Shown here: positions 48,998 to 58,111 of the stretch, one piece after another
Numbering within the stretch: position 1 is the stretch's first letter
Layout of the letters: every line of letters starts with the position of its first letter
Source of the DNA: a virus
Lineage: Duplodnaviria; Caudoviricetes
IMG/VR virus record: IMGVR_UViG_3300044641_004951
Location: 1 to 63,098 of that record
DNA length: 63,098 nt
Reading direction: 5' to 3' (one strand)
Notes under the pieces: model-generated
The model's database searches: none
What the model was told of the DNA's origin: nothing
What the model saw: the letters and a program-made list of their open reading frames with translations, nothing else
Program-made: the position numbers and the translations under genes

Positions 48998-50432
48998 AAA
49001 TAACAAGCAGAATCAAAAAGCTGGTGACGATCGCAAAAATGTGACTTCCAGCTTTCTTAAATCTATAGGGTTAATAAATCCTGTACAAGATAGACTTAAG
49101 TTAAAGACTCTTAAAAATATAGAATCAAGCGCCAAAATTGCATTATTTAATGCCAAAAGAATTAAATTTCTTTTTACTGAGCTATTTAAGCAGATACAAG
49201 TAGGTAAGCTTGACAAACCTAAAACTACTACAGATGTTTCTATAGGAAAAAAACTAATAGAAAAGGCTAGGTCAGGGTTCAAGGTCAGTAGTTTGTTAAA
49301 GGGATTATTGCTGGTAATCCCTTTAATTTCCCTGCTTATAGACGATGAGATTAAGAAGAATCTTAGCTCGTATTTTTCTGAGTTATTAAAGGCATTTGGT
49401 GTAACGGATGAAGCATTAAAGCTTATTAAATGGGCTATAGGGTCACTTGACGATTTACTTAAACTTTACTTAGGGTATAAAGTAATAAGTAAAGTAATAA
49501 AGTTCTTTAAGCTGCTTATAACCTTAGGTAAAATAATTAAGTTTGCCTTAAAGTTGCTAATTAGAAATTGCGGTATGGGACTACCTATGCCGGATGTTCC
49601 GGAGCCTGGTCGAACTACACAAACACCCAGACCGGCTCCCGGACCAACTGCACCTAGACCGGTACCTCCTGTAGCATCACCTTATCAACTCCTACCTCCT
49701 CCTTCTAGGCCGTCCGGCGGGATAAGAATACCGCCGCCAGTACCACCGTCGCTACCTGGTATGAATAGGCCGGCTTTACCTGCACCTGCTGGCACCTCGT
49801 ACCAGCCTACTCCTAGCAGACCGGCGTTACCGCAACCAGCTCCTACTCCTAGTCAAACAGGAAGAATAAGTAACCCCGCTGATATTGAAGATGCAAAAAT
49901 AATAAGAGAAACTTTAAAGCCTGGAGCACCTGGAGGGCCAGGGCTATCTACACTGGGTAATATACTTCATAAAATTTCTAGATTTATTCCTATTATTAAT
50001 CTTATAGTAGGGGCTTACGATCTTTATCTTGCATATAAATTATACGAACAAGGAAAAACTAAAGAAGCAGTGACTACGGCCTTAGCTGGTATGGGTGCTA
50101 TACTACTTGGAGTAGGTAGCATTATAGCTGCTCCCGTACTAGGACCTATACTTACAGGAATAGGGCTTATCGCTTCGGTTGCAAGTTTTGTGGGATGGGC
50201 CGGGTCTAATCTAATAGATATGTATGAATCAGGTAAGGACTATAGATATCAATTTGATAGTTATGATTATGAACCTATACAGCCTTATCAAGTAGCACCA
50301 GATGAAACGTCGTTAAGGCTTAATAATTTTTCAACCGACATTAATTTAGCAAGAACAACATCTCGCCCTCGCGATACGGAAGTAGTAATTATAACTAAGC
50401 CAGTAATAGTTTTTAATCAGGCATTCGCATGA
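48990..50432 (+). CDS. Putative tape-measure/gp29-like tail protein with a Pro-rich insert and hydrophobic segments
   Basis: Follows gp26/51; helical and hydrophobic stretches (RFIPIINLIVGAYD...) and a ~100-aa Pro-rich block. Confidence 0.5.
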   Translation: MAENNKQNQKAGDDRKNVTSSFLKSIGLINPVQDRLKLKTLKNIESSAKIALFNAKRIKFLFTELFKQIQVGKLDKPKTTTDVSIGKKLIEKARSGFKVSSLLKGLLLVIPLISLLIDDEIKKNLSSYFSELLKAFGVTDEALKLIKWAIGSLDDLLKLYLGYKVISKVIKFFKLLITLGKIIKFALKLLIRNCGMGLPMPDVPEPGRTTQTPRPAPGPTAPRPVPPVASPYQLLPPPSRPSGGIRIPPPVPPSLPGMNRPALPAPAGTSYQPTPSRPALPQPAPTPSQTGRISNPADIEDAKIIRETLKPGAPGGPGLSTLGNILHKISRFIPIINLIVGAYDLYLAYKLYEQGKTKEAVTTALAGMGAILLGVGSIIAAPVLGPILTGIGLIASVASFVGWAGSNLIDMYESGKDYRYQFDSYDYEPIQPYQVAPDETSLRLNNFSTDINLARTTSRPRDTEVVIITKPVIVFNQAFA

Positions 50433-51991
50433 ATAATAAAGAAGAAGTTAGAGACATAGCCGTAAGATCTATAAGCAGCATGCCTCTTATTAGAAGTATG
50501 GGTGCTACTATTCAAAGGGGTGATAGAGCAGAATACGAATCCTTGGTACGCATCTCTGTATCAATGAATAGAATAGCTGTCACACTTGGTAGCATATTCA
50601 ATGCATTGAGACAGTTTATGAGAACTAATGACGCATTGATTAACAAGCAGCGATACAGTGATCTTGAAGCAATGAGAGAGGCAGGTCGGTCCGGCGAAGG
50701 AGAAACTGAGAGGGAACCCTTAAAGAAAGCATTACTATCAGGAGTAGGCAAAGCTTTACTAGGTGCAGCATTAATCGGTTTAATGGGCTTGCTTATACCA
50801 GAAGAAATTAAAAAAAAATTAAAGGATTACGCAACAAACTTCCTTATGGAGTTTGACCTAATTAAGTATGCAGTTAGAAAATTTGAAGAATCAGTAACCA
50901 TGGTTAAAGGGTTCTTTGATTCACTTACTAACTTTTTTGACCCTCTTAAAGACTTAATATCCGAGCTGGGTATGTTGGTTGGATTGAGCTTGTTATGTAT
51001 GAGAAGAGGACCAACTACTACGGTTCCTGGTGGTGGTAGAGCCCCGTCAGGTAGAGGTGGTGGTAGGGCAGGTATGCTGGCCGGGGTAATAGCGGCAATA
51101 GCTGGTGCTTCTGCAGCGTCAGAGTTGTCTGAAGAAGATAAAAGTTACTTTGAATCTATTAAGGAATGGGTCAAAGAAGCAATGTCTATTACTGGTGATG
51201 ATGAAGAGACGCAGGCACCTACGGAAGGAGGTAGTACTGAGTTTAATTCTACGATATCTCCTAATGCTCAAACTGCATTTAACTTTTTTACCGGTAAGGG
51301 GTATTCACCAGAACAGGCTGCTGGTATTGTAGGTAATCTAATGGCTGAAAGCGGCAGAAACTTAAATGTTAAAGCATTTAATGAAGATGAGAAGGCTTAT
51401 GGAATAGCTCAGTGGCGAATGGATCGCTTGGATGGGCTAGGCAAGCTGTATAATAAAGATCCTAAACAGACTACGTTAGAAGAACAATTAAATTACATTG
51501 AACACGAATTAGATAATGTTTCTAGGTTTAAAGGTATTAAGAAACAACTTCAAGATTCTAAAGATAGTAATGAAGCCGCTCAGATATTTAGAGACAAATA
51601 CGAAGTATCAAAGGGTCCATTACAGGAGAGACAGAATTATGCAAGACAGATATTGAAATCCAGACAGCAGCCTGCTGCACCTGCTGCACCTGCACCGGCT
51701 AGTAACACTTCAAATACCTCAAGTAATACATCAACTAATAATACTAAATCAATAGCACCGGCAGCAGTTGCAACTCCGTCAATTGGTACGGCTATTGCTA
51801 CACAAAGTGTAACGAACAATGATATGAAGAATACACCTGCAGGACAGACTACTGTAACGAATATGACGGCACCGGCAACTACGGCCGGTGCACCTAAGTC
51901 ACAACCCAACTCTAAACCTAGAATACCGTCACCGGTATTCGGTAGTCCAGAGTTAAGTATGTCTCTTTTTTACGAACCTTCTATGACTTAA
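50429..51991 (+). CDS. Tail protein with a phage tail lysozyme (Phage_lysozyme2-like) domain
   Basis: FFTGKGYSPEQAAGIVGNLMAESG...AYGIAQWR..R...QLNYIEHEL...AAQIF...YE. Confidence 0.8.
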   Translation: MNNKEEVRDIAVRSISSMPLIRSMGATIQRGDRAEYESLVRISVSMNRIAVTLGSIFNALRQFMRTNDALINKQRYSDLEAMREAGRSGEGETEREPLKKALLSGVGKALLGAALIGLMGLLIPEEIKKKLKDYATNFLMEFDLIKYAVRKFEESVTMVKGFFDSLTNFFDPLKDLISELGMLVGLSLLCMRRGPTTTVPGGGRAPSGRGGGRAGMLAGVIAAIAGASAASELSEEDKSYFESIKEWVKEAMSITGDDEETQAPTEGGSTEFNSTISPNAQTAFNFFTGKGYSPEQAAGIVGNLMAESGRNLNVKAFNEDEKAYGIAQWRMDRLDGLGKLYNKDPKQTTLEEQLNYIEHELDNVSRFKGIKKQLQDSKDSNEAAQIFRDKYEVSKGPLQERQNYARQILKSRQQPAAPAAPAPASNTSNTSSNTSTNNTKSIAPAAVATPSIGTAIATQSVTNNDMKNTPAGQTTVTNMTAPATTAGAPKSQPNSKPRIPSPVFGSPELSMSLFYEPSMT

Positions 51992-52908
51992 TCTTCTGCA
52001 GCAAGCTTCTTAAAGAAGTCCATGCTATCGTCATCGTCATCTAGATCAGACGATGTTTGAGGTGCAGTAGCAGGAGCTGCACTCTTCAAGTTCTTAGGTG
52101 ATTGAACTTCTTCATCCCACGGTGCTGAAGATTCTGCACGAGTATTGGCTTTCGCCTGATTACCTGCCAGACCAAGAACGCGATAGAGCTTTTCCTTAAG
52201 CTCATCGTACGATTTGAAGTTGGAAGGATCAATGAATTCTGAGAGCTTATGCTCAGACTTCCAGACTGCTTCCATCTCACCATCATCATCAAAAAGCGGG
52301 GCACGCTTATCGAACTCAGACTTATCGTAATTACGATAGCCTTCGACGTTGCGAATCTTAACCTTAAAGTTAGCACCCTCCCAGAGATCGAACGGATTCA
52401 GCGGAGCTTCATCTTCAAACTCTGGATTCATGGCAAGACTAAGCTTGTCCCAGATCTTCTTACCGTACTTAAACAAGAACACCTTACCCTCGTTCTGAGG
52501 ATTTGCAGTATCCTTAATAACGTAAACGTTACTAACATACGTAAGTCGGCGCTTTTGCTTACGCACTTGCTCCTTGCCACTCTCAGTGCCGTTGTTCCAG
52601 AGCTGGGTATTGTACTCGGAAACAGGGTCTTTCTGTCCAAGAGTAGTGAGAGATTTCTCGATATACCACCCACCTGGGCCTTGAAAGCCGTGATCCCAAA
52701 TACGAACAAACGGGATATCTTCGCCGGCTGGTGCAGGTAGAAAGCGGATGACGGCATAACCGTTACCAGCCTTATCCACATCCGGACGCCAAAAGCGATT
52801 GTCCTCGCCTCCGCCCTGAGGTGCATTGAGCTTGGAGAGCTCGGTCGTCAGCTTATCGAAATTAGACTGACGGGTCTTCTTAAGTTGCGAAAAGTCTGTT
52901 GTTGACAT
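51988..52908 (-). CDS. gp32: Single-stranded DNA-binding protein (T4 gp32-like)
   Basis: DNRFWRP.VDKAGNGYAVIRFLPAP, HGFQGPGGWYIEKSLTT, acidic tail FFKKLAAED; start moved to MSTTDF at 52908, which has AAGGA upstream. Confidence 0.95.
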   Translation of the reverse strand: MSTTDFSQLKKTRQSNFDKLTTELSKLNAPQGGGEDNRFWRPDVDKAGNGYAVIRFLPAPAGEDIPFVRIWDHGFQGPGGWYIEKSLTTLGQKDPVSEYNTQLWNNGTESGKEQVRKQKRRLTYVSNVYVIKDTANPQNEGKVFLFKYGKKIWDKLSLAMNPEFEDEAPLNPFDLWEGANFKVKIRNVEGYRNYDKSEFDKRAPLFDDDGEMEAVWKSEHKLSEFIDPSNFKSYDELKEKLYRVLGLAGNQAKANTRAESSAPWDEEVQSPKNLKSAAPATAPQTSSDLDDDDDSMDFFKKLAAED

Positions 52909-52992
52909 AGTATTTCCTTTATATACGTTGTATGATTTTATTGCTTCTTGTCCACACTGCACATAATGTACAGTAGTATTTATTATGGCTGA

Positions 52993-53571
52993 TTACCTGA
53001 ATTTCTCCAAAACTAACTTCTTCATCTTCTCCTTATCATAAGCCATAAAAGGTCTAAATTTTTTACACAGATGACTAACCTGCGGCCAAATGACTTTTTC
53101 CTCTATCCTCCTTGTCCACTTATGTGAGAATGATAAAAGATCGTCAAGAATAATTAGTGTCTCTATCGATATCGTACCTTGCAAATATAGTCTAAGAAGC
53201 GGAGGATGCTGCCCATCTACACATTGAAAGTTACTATCGAACTCAAAATCTAGTCTATCTAAATCTTGAGAAAAGATATAACTCAACGATTCTTTTGTTC
53301 GTATAAATTTAAGATATCTTTGTTCAGATATCTCAGTATTAATAAAATCACCTACCCATGATACCTGGTTACCGTAAGCAAAGTTAGCAGCAAGAAATTC
53401 TACGATGTCTTTCTTCTTAGAAAGTTTATGGAAAAAGTACTTGTCATTTCTTTTTTCAAACGTAGATCTTGCTGCTTTAGTTTTGCCACCGTACTTAAAG
53501 TAATCGTATGTTTTTGAAGTAAAGTGATTCTTTATTGCTACGTATATCTTATACGCTTCGAATGCTTCCAT
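52993..53571 (-). CDS. gp59: Helicase loader (T4 gp59-like)
   Basis: Y.AIKNHFT..YDYFKYGGK...FEKRNDKYFF.KL; ISIETLIILD; adjacent to gp32. Confidence 0.9.
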   Translation of the reverse strand: MEAFEAYKIYVAIKNHFTSKTYDYFKYGGKTKAARSTFEKRNDKYFFHKLSKKKDIVEFLAANFAYGNQVSWVGDFINTEISEQRYLKFIRTKESLSYIFSQDLDRLDFEFDSNFQCVDGQHPPLLRLYLQGTISIETLIILDDLLSFSHKWTRRIEEKVIWPQVSHLCKKFRPFMAYDKEKMKKLVLEKFR

Positions 53572-54115
53572 TTACGAAGAAAAGGCTTTGTAGTCGTACA
53601 TAACGCTCATTCATTGTTGATGCGGCTCTGAGTGCAATTGTACCTGTAGGATCAAATTTAAATCCACGCTTTTCCATTACATCGACCCAATAGTCATAAG
53701 TCTGACAGTTAACGTGATGCCACCCCGGTTGATTAGGAAGTGCATGGGTCATAAGAACGTACTTACAAAACTTCATAGATTCAATAAAGTTATCCATAAA
53801 GCACTCTTCTACATGCTCAACGAATTCTACAGACCAACACAGATCAAAGTTTCGCCCGGGTAAAAAGGGACCAGTAACGAAATCATGAATCCTAATCATA
53901 GGTTCAATCATCTTAGGTCTATAAACTGTAAAGTCTCCATCCACACCTAACACATCAAGTCCCTTAAGATGGGCTTGTCGAACCATGCCGCCAGGCCCGC
54001 ATCCGATATCTAACATAGATTTAACATCGTACCTCTGCATTAGCAAATCTAAAGCACCAACGTCAATATGCGTCATATTTTCATGACCACCTAGGTGGAC
54101 AGGTAATGTATTCAT
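53549..54115 (-). CDS. Class I SAM-dependent methyltransferase
   Basis: MLDIGCGPG, GVDGD, FDLCWSVEFVEHV, GWHHVNCQ. Confidence 0.82.
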   Translation of the reverse strand: MNTLPVHLGGHENMTHIDVGALDLLMQRYDVKSMLDIGCGPGGMVRQAHLKGLDVLGVDGDFTVYRPKMIEPMIRIHDFVTGPFLPGRNFDLCWSVEFVEHVEECFMDNFIESMKFCKYVLMTHALPNQPGWHHVNCQTYDYWVDVMEKRGFKFDPTGTIALRAASTMNERYVRLQSLFFVNGSIRSV

Positions 54116-54351
54116 AGAGGTAATCTCCTAGTCTTAGGTAAATAATTTTGTTCTTCGGCGTCCAGTTGAACTTTTGCCTTCATTTTAGCACTGCTCTTAA
54201 TAAGTACAGCTGCTGTTTCGATTTCGATGCCGTTCTTCTCACAAAAGAAAATAACGGCATCGATATAAGATAGCCTTTGGTCTTCGGCTATCTTATCGAC
54301 TTCAATCATAAAGTCAGTAGGTGTTCTAAGAAAAGTTTCTTCTAAGTCCAT
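54112..54351 (-). CDS. gp33: Late transcription coactivator (T4 gp33-like)
   Basis: SYIDAVIFFCEKNGIEIETAA.LI...K.K...AEE.NYLPKT..LP. Confidence 0.88.
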   Translation of the reverse strand: MDLEETFLRTPTDFMIEVDKIAEDQRLSYIDAVIFFCEKNGIEIETAAVLIKSSAKMKAKVQLDAEEQNYLPKTRRLPL

Positions 54352-54354
54352 AAT

Positions 54355-54873
54355 TTATTTGTAGAATATGTGTTTTTCAATTTTAGCGGTAAGCTCTTTT
54401 TGTTTAGCCCATAAAGGGCGAACATAGGTAGCATGGTAGAATAATGCTCCTCCTGTAACATCATGGATTGTATGGGCAACTGGCAGCACTTGCAACACTA
54501 ATGATTTAATACTTTCGTACGATTTACGATCGGTAATAACATCAGGTTTACCATCACAGTACCAGGAAAATTGGCATTTATGTTTAACCTTAGCCCCGCC
54601 CTGAGTAACTACCCCTCTAACAGTGCTTGGAAAATATCCACTTTGCATGCGATTAAGAGTCACCATTAGCACGGCTAGTTGACCGGTAACTGATTGATTA
54701 CGTGCTTCGAAGTAAATATTACGCACTAGCCACTCGACATCCTCGTCACTATACCGAGGTTTTTGAGGGATGATATTAACGGTCAAGAAAGCTGTTATGC
54801 TAAAAATAGCACAGCAAACTGCCCATTTAAAAGCAAAGTAAATTCTAGATCTGTTAAGGTGTAAGTGCGCCAT
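54355..54873 (-). CDS. Cell wall hydrolase (SleB/Hydrolase_2 family) with an N-terminal membrane anchor
   Basis: NIYFEARNQSVTGQLAV..VTLNR, CQFSWYCDGK, GALFYHATYVRP.W, IEKHIFY. Confidence 0.88.
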   Translation of the reverse strand: MAHLHLNRSRIYFAFKWAVCCAIFSITAFLTVNIIPQKPRYSDEDVEWLVRNIYFEARNQSVTGQLAVLMVTLNRMQSGYFPSTVRGVVTQGGAKVKHKCQFSWYCDGKPDVITDRKSYESIKSLVLQVLPVAHTIHDVTGGALFYHATYVRPLWAKQKELTAKIEKHIFYK

Positions 54874-55156
54874 ATCCAGTACTTACAATACAAATAATGT
54901 TTTTTGCAGGAACAAAAATACCTACTGTAAACGATTCTTTTTCTGCATTATATGTCACAAACGAAGAACTACCTTGGAGCTTTTCCTCGTTGTTACCTGT
55001 AAATACAATTTTTTCTTTATGCGTTTGAATTAATTCTTTAATAACAATATCCCTATCGAAACATTGCATTGTTAGCGTCATTGGACGTTCAGGCGCTCGT
55101 GATTGAGCTAGTGCTATGCAGGGTAAAAGAAGTAGTGTGGCTAGAAGTTTATTCAT
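54854..55156 (-). CDS. Small secreted hypothetical protein (paralog A)
   Basis: Signal peptide; CFDRD...KEKIVF...CIV; similar to 58112-58414. Confidence 0.7.
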   Translation of the reverse strand: MNKLLATLLLLPCIALAQSRAPERPMTLTMQCFDRDIVIKELIQTHKEKIVFTGNNEEKLQGSSSFVTYNAEKESFTVGIFVPAKNIICIVSTGYGALTP

Positions 55157-55188
55157 AAAAGTCCTTAAGGGATCGGTATTTATTAACT

Positions 55189-55214
55189 AAAAAGAGGGCA
55201 CATGCCCTCTTTTT
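55189..55214. terminator. Bidirectional intrinsic terminator after the DUF932 gene
   Basis: AAAAAGAGGGCA-CA-TGCCCTCTTTTT inverted repeat with A/T tails. Confidence 0.8.
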
Positions 55215-56158
55215 CACGCAGCTTCGGCGAACTCTACAGCTGTTTCAAGTGCCTTGACCTTAAGGTTCTTGTTAGGCCCGTACCAAGCTGACGCAAGCCT
55301 GGAGTCTACTGTACGACCGATTTTATGATCGGTAAGGTACGTCACTGCATTAAATGCCTGCCACCAAGAGCCTTCAGCAAATTTAGCACCAGGCTGACTC
55401 TCAACGACGCCCATTGCAAGACGAGCATTGCGTGACATAGTGGACTCTTCTTGTTCTTCTTTTGTTGAAAGAGAAGGAAAGATTCGAGTAAAGTATTCCT
55501 TAAGAGTACTATCGTTGTAGCGCTTGCTACCGAGGAACTGAGCCATTTCCTTGTATCTCTGGAGCTTATCAGTAGCAATACCAAGCTGCTCCTTCACGTG
55601 CTTGGCGTCGAATTCGCTACGGTGATTGGCCTTAATCACTCGATCGCTAGACATACTCAAAGACAGAGTCAGTGTATTATTACACACCACCCGAATAGGA
55701 GTAAATCGAACGTCAATTGATTGACCGAAACGATGCGGGTTGGTAAAAAGAAGAAAAGAATCTACCTGATCGCCACCGAACAGATCAAATGACTCGTTGA
55801 CTTTTGCAAGACACCATACGATTTGACCGCCACGAAGACTACCAGCCGTATGCATCTGCATGTCGCCGACCGCGCAATACTCATGAAAAAATTCAAAAGC
55901 ATCGGCATTCTGCATTGGATGCCAGTCGTTAGTTACAATATCGAGAATACTGTTATCGGTAGAGCGAACAAGAGCTGAATGACCAACGCTCTTACGAACA
56001 CCGTCAATCTCAATAAACGCAGGAATCTTTTCTACGGTCCAATCAATCTCAGCAGCCTCGAGCATCTGCTTAGGTGAGAGATCTGAAGGCACAGAATTAC
56101 CAAGACCATGCCACGGAACTTCACCTGCGTACGCCATCGTTTCAACCAAATGTGCCAT
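55214..56158 (-). CDS. DUF932 family phage/plasmid protein (TIGR03299-like)
   Basis: MAHLVETMAYAGEVPWHGLG, QNADAFEFF, TAGSLRGG, FTPIRVVCNNTL, WQAFNAVT. Confidence 0.85.
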   Translation of the reverse strand: MAHLVETMAYAGEVPWHGLGNSVPSDLSPKQMLEAAEIDWTVEKIPAFIEIDGVRKSVGHSALVRSTDNSILDIVTNDWHPMQNADAFEFFHEYCAVGDMQMHTAGSLRGGQIVWCLAKVNESFDLFGGDQVDSFLLFTNPHRFGQSIDVRFTPIRVVCNNTLTLSLSMSSDRVIKANHRSEFDAKHVKEQLGIATDKLQRYKEMAQFLGSKRYNDSTLKEYFTRIFPSLSTKEEQEESTMSRNARLAMGVVESQPGAKFAEGSWWQAFNAVTYLTDHKIGRTVDSRLASAWYGPNKNLKVKALETAVEFAEAA

Positions 56159-56219
56159 TTTTTACTCCTTGTTAAGTTGACAAGTCTATTATAACGTTTT
56201 CGTCAACAAAATCCACTGT

Positions 56220-56567
56220 TCAGAGAAGAACTTCCAAGTTTTTTTTCAACTCAAAGTACTCTTGAATCGACATAGTGGAGTAGCCATTGTTCACTCGGTT
56301 ATCCATTTCATTCATGTATTCCAGAATTTGAGAACCTGCATACGGACGATCAATTCTTACAATTGGTTTTTCTGGTACCTTTTCTTTCTTGACAGGCTGA
56401 GATACAGGTACATTCTCTACCTTATCTTGCTGCTTAGAAATTTTATAGAGGTACACAGATGCATTAGGGCGTGTAATCTGCAGATCACTACAGATTTTAT
56501 CAAGGAGATCTTTTTTAGACCCTTGAAAGTTTTTTACGATTTCTCTTACTTGTTCAAATTTGTTCAT
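56220..56567 (-). CDS. Hypothetical protein
   Basis: 115-aa ORF on the coding strand of the region; no recognisable motif. Confidence 0.6.
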   Translation of the reverse strand: MNKFEQVREIVKNFQGSKKDLLDKICSDLQITRPNASVYLYKISKQQDKVENVPVSQPVKKEKVPEKPIVRIDRPYAGSQILEYMNEMDNRVNNGYSTMSIQEYFELKKNLEVLL

Positions 56568-56622
56568 AGCAAAATGTGTAGTTAATGAAATGTCATTGTA
56601 TACTGCTTTTTAAAAAGCTCAA

Positions 56623-56856
56623 TCAGACTCTAAATTTTTTTAGATATTCATTGGCTTCGTAAGGAAAGTGGTCAAACGATTCTCTATCTTTAACTTCACA
56701 ACCCAGCATATACGCCACGATGTAGAGATCACGAACGTCTTGCTCGTCAACTTCATCAATTATGTCTACAGAAATATCACCTAACGGGACTCCATAAAAC
56801 GTCTGTGAGTCTATCATGTCAAGCAATTCTTCTCTCTTCTTCTTAGTTAGTCTCAT
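56623..56856 (-). CDS. Hypothetical protein
   Basis: Start moved to MRLTKK at 56856, which has AAGGAG upstream; the longer start would overlap a hairpin. Confidence 0.55.
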   Translation of the reverse strand: MRLTKKKREELLDMIDSQTFYGVPLGDISVDIIDEVDEQDVRDLYIVAYMLGCEVKDRESFDHFPYEANEYLKKFRV

Positions 56857-56890
56857 AGTACTCCTTATAAAAGAGATACTATATTTATGA

Positions 56891-56914
56891 GAAACCCGGC
56901 TAATGCCGGGTTTC
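56891..56914 (-). terminator. Stem-loop directly after the RNase H-like gene
   Basis: GAAACCCGGC-TAAT-GCCGGGTTTC perfect 10-bp stem. Confidence 0.6.
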
Positions 56915-56915
56915 A

Positions 56916-57401
56916 TTATGCTGCAACTGACGATAGATTTAGACTTTTCAATCTATCGGCAGCATACGATGCAGCAAACGCTTGAGGTTTGACTCTTGGT
57001 TCAACGTTGCAAACGCCCTTAATGTAGCCAATGGCTTGCTGCACAACAATACTACTATTGTACTTTTCATCAGGATTAATGTCAAGGTGAACTTCTACTT
57101 CCCTGTCTTCAAGTACATCAGCAAGTTTCAAATAAAGTTCGGCTACCTTATACACTTCAGTCATAAGGCGCGTTGATGGCTTGCTAATTTTATTGTCATA
57201 ATCTCTTTCGACCTGCACTTCACCGAAGATCTTACAACCATGTCTTCCGTCAATGTGCACCACAACTACGAGGTAGAATTCAGCAAAATGCTCATCATTA
57301 CCTTTCGTTACACGTTCGGAATCTGCACCAATATAAATTTTTGTATTAGGACCTTGCTTAGAAATGAAGTGTTTGACTTCGTCAAAATTAATTTTTTTCA
57401 T
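56916..57401 (-). CDS. RNase H-like protein, YkuK/DUF458 family
   Basis: IYIGADS, VVVVH..G..G, RLMTEV, EVHLDIN, KPQAFAASYAAD. Confidence 0.8.
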   Translation of the reverse strand: MKKINFDEVKHFISKQGPNTKIYIGADSERVTKGNDEHFAEFYLVVVVHIDGRHGCKIFGEVQVERDYDNKISKPSTRLMTEVYKVAELYLKLADVLEDREVEVHLDINPDEKYNSSIVVQQAIGYIKGVCNVEPRVKPQAFAASYAADRLKSLNLSSVAA

Positions 57402-57403
57402 AA

Positions 57404-57580
57404 TTAAAACACCGCGTCCTCAATATCTTTAAGCCACTCTTTATCGGTTTCTTTCTTAAAGGTGTAAAAAGATTTTTCGTCTACCTTTAACCTATCAGGA
57501 TCAGGAAATGGCCACAGATTTTTTTGTTTAAGATCTTCTATAAGAAGAGAATTAGGTTTGTTTTCGATGCATGTTGTCAT
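57404..57580 (-). CDS. Small hypothetical protein (58 aa)
   Basis: Not in the ORF track. Manual translation MTTCIENKPNSLLIEDLKQKNLWPFPDPDRL...DAVF* fills the gap before the YkuK gene. Confidence 0.5.
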   Translation of the reverse strand: MTTCIENKPNSLLIEDLKQKNLWPFPDPDRLKVDEKSFYTFKKETDKEWLKDIEDAVF

Positions 57581-57746
57581 TTTCAGTTAGCAGTTGAGTA
57601 CCATTGTTGTGATCTTTATCACCTTCAAGAAGTCTTCGCTTTTCGTTTTGCGATAAGTCTCTTCCGAGAATGTTATCCCATCGATGAGAATATTCCTCAT
57701 CGATGTAATTGTAAGATACAACCTTTTGATTTACAACTGTTCCCAT
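57552..57746 (-). CDS. Small hypothetical protein
   Basis: 64-aa ORF with GGAG upstream. Confidence 0.5.
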   Translation of the reverse strand: MGTVVNQKVVSYNYIDEEYSHRWDNILGRDLSQNEKRRLLEGDKDHNNGTQLLTENDNMHRKQT

Positions 57747-57765
57747 GTAATCTCCAGAAAAAAAT

Positions 57766-58100
57766 AACCGGTTGATTCTGTTTCCAAGTTCAACCGGAAA
57801 AACTCATGCTGCAGGTTTAGGCTGCAGCTAGGAAACGCTCATCGTTTGCGTTTATTGGCTTGCTTCTTCGACTGGGTTGTCCCAATCCTACGGGTTTCAC
57901 ATTCCCGTGCTGTCCATTTCGTTACTCTTTGCCCCGTCGAAACCTGGTCAGGCCCATTAGTAAGCATACTTTAGAGGATAACCTTCCCTCTGAGTCTTTT
58001 GTGGATTGACTACCACAGGGCACCGACAAATATGCTTACTGGTGGACCTGGGCGGAATCGAACCGCCGTCCGGAGCACTTTTCTCTCTACTTCATACAGC
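57766..58100 (-). ncRNA. ssrA: Circularly permuted (two-piece) tmRNA, tag ANDERFLAAA
   Basis: Acceptor piece ends GGCGGTTCGATTCCGCC-CAGGTCC-ACCA at 58040. Coding piece starts GGGCCTGACCAGGTTTCGAC at 57955. The acceptor stem has G3:U70. Tag ORF 57849-57817 reads GCA AAC GAT GAG CGT TTC CTA GCT GCA GCC TAA. Confidence 0.9.
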
Positions 58101-58111
58101 AATAAAATTAT

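Noticed and set aside
52909-52962. N-terminal extension of gp32 given in the ORF track
   Set aside because: The downstream ATG at 52908 has an RBS and matches typical gp32 starts; the extension overlaps the leader hairpin.
58040-58075. Stand-alone tRNA fragment or attachment site
   Set aside because: It pairs with the segment starting at 57955 and is explained as the acceptor piece of the permuted tmRNA.
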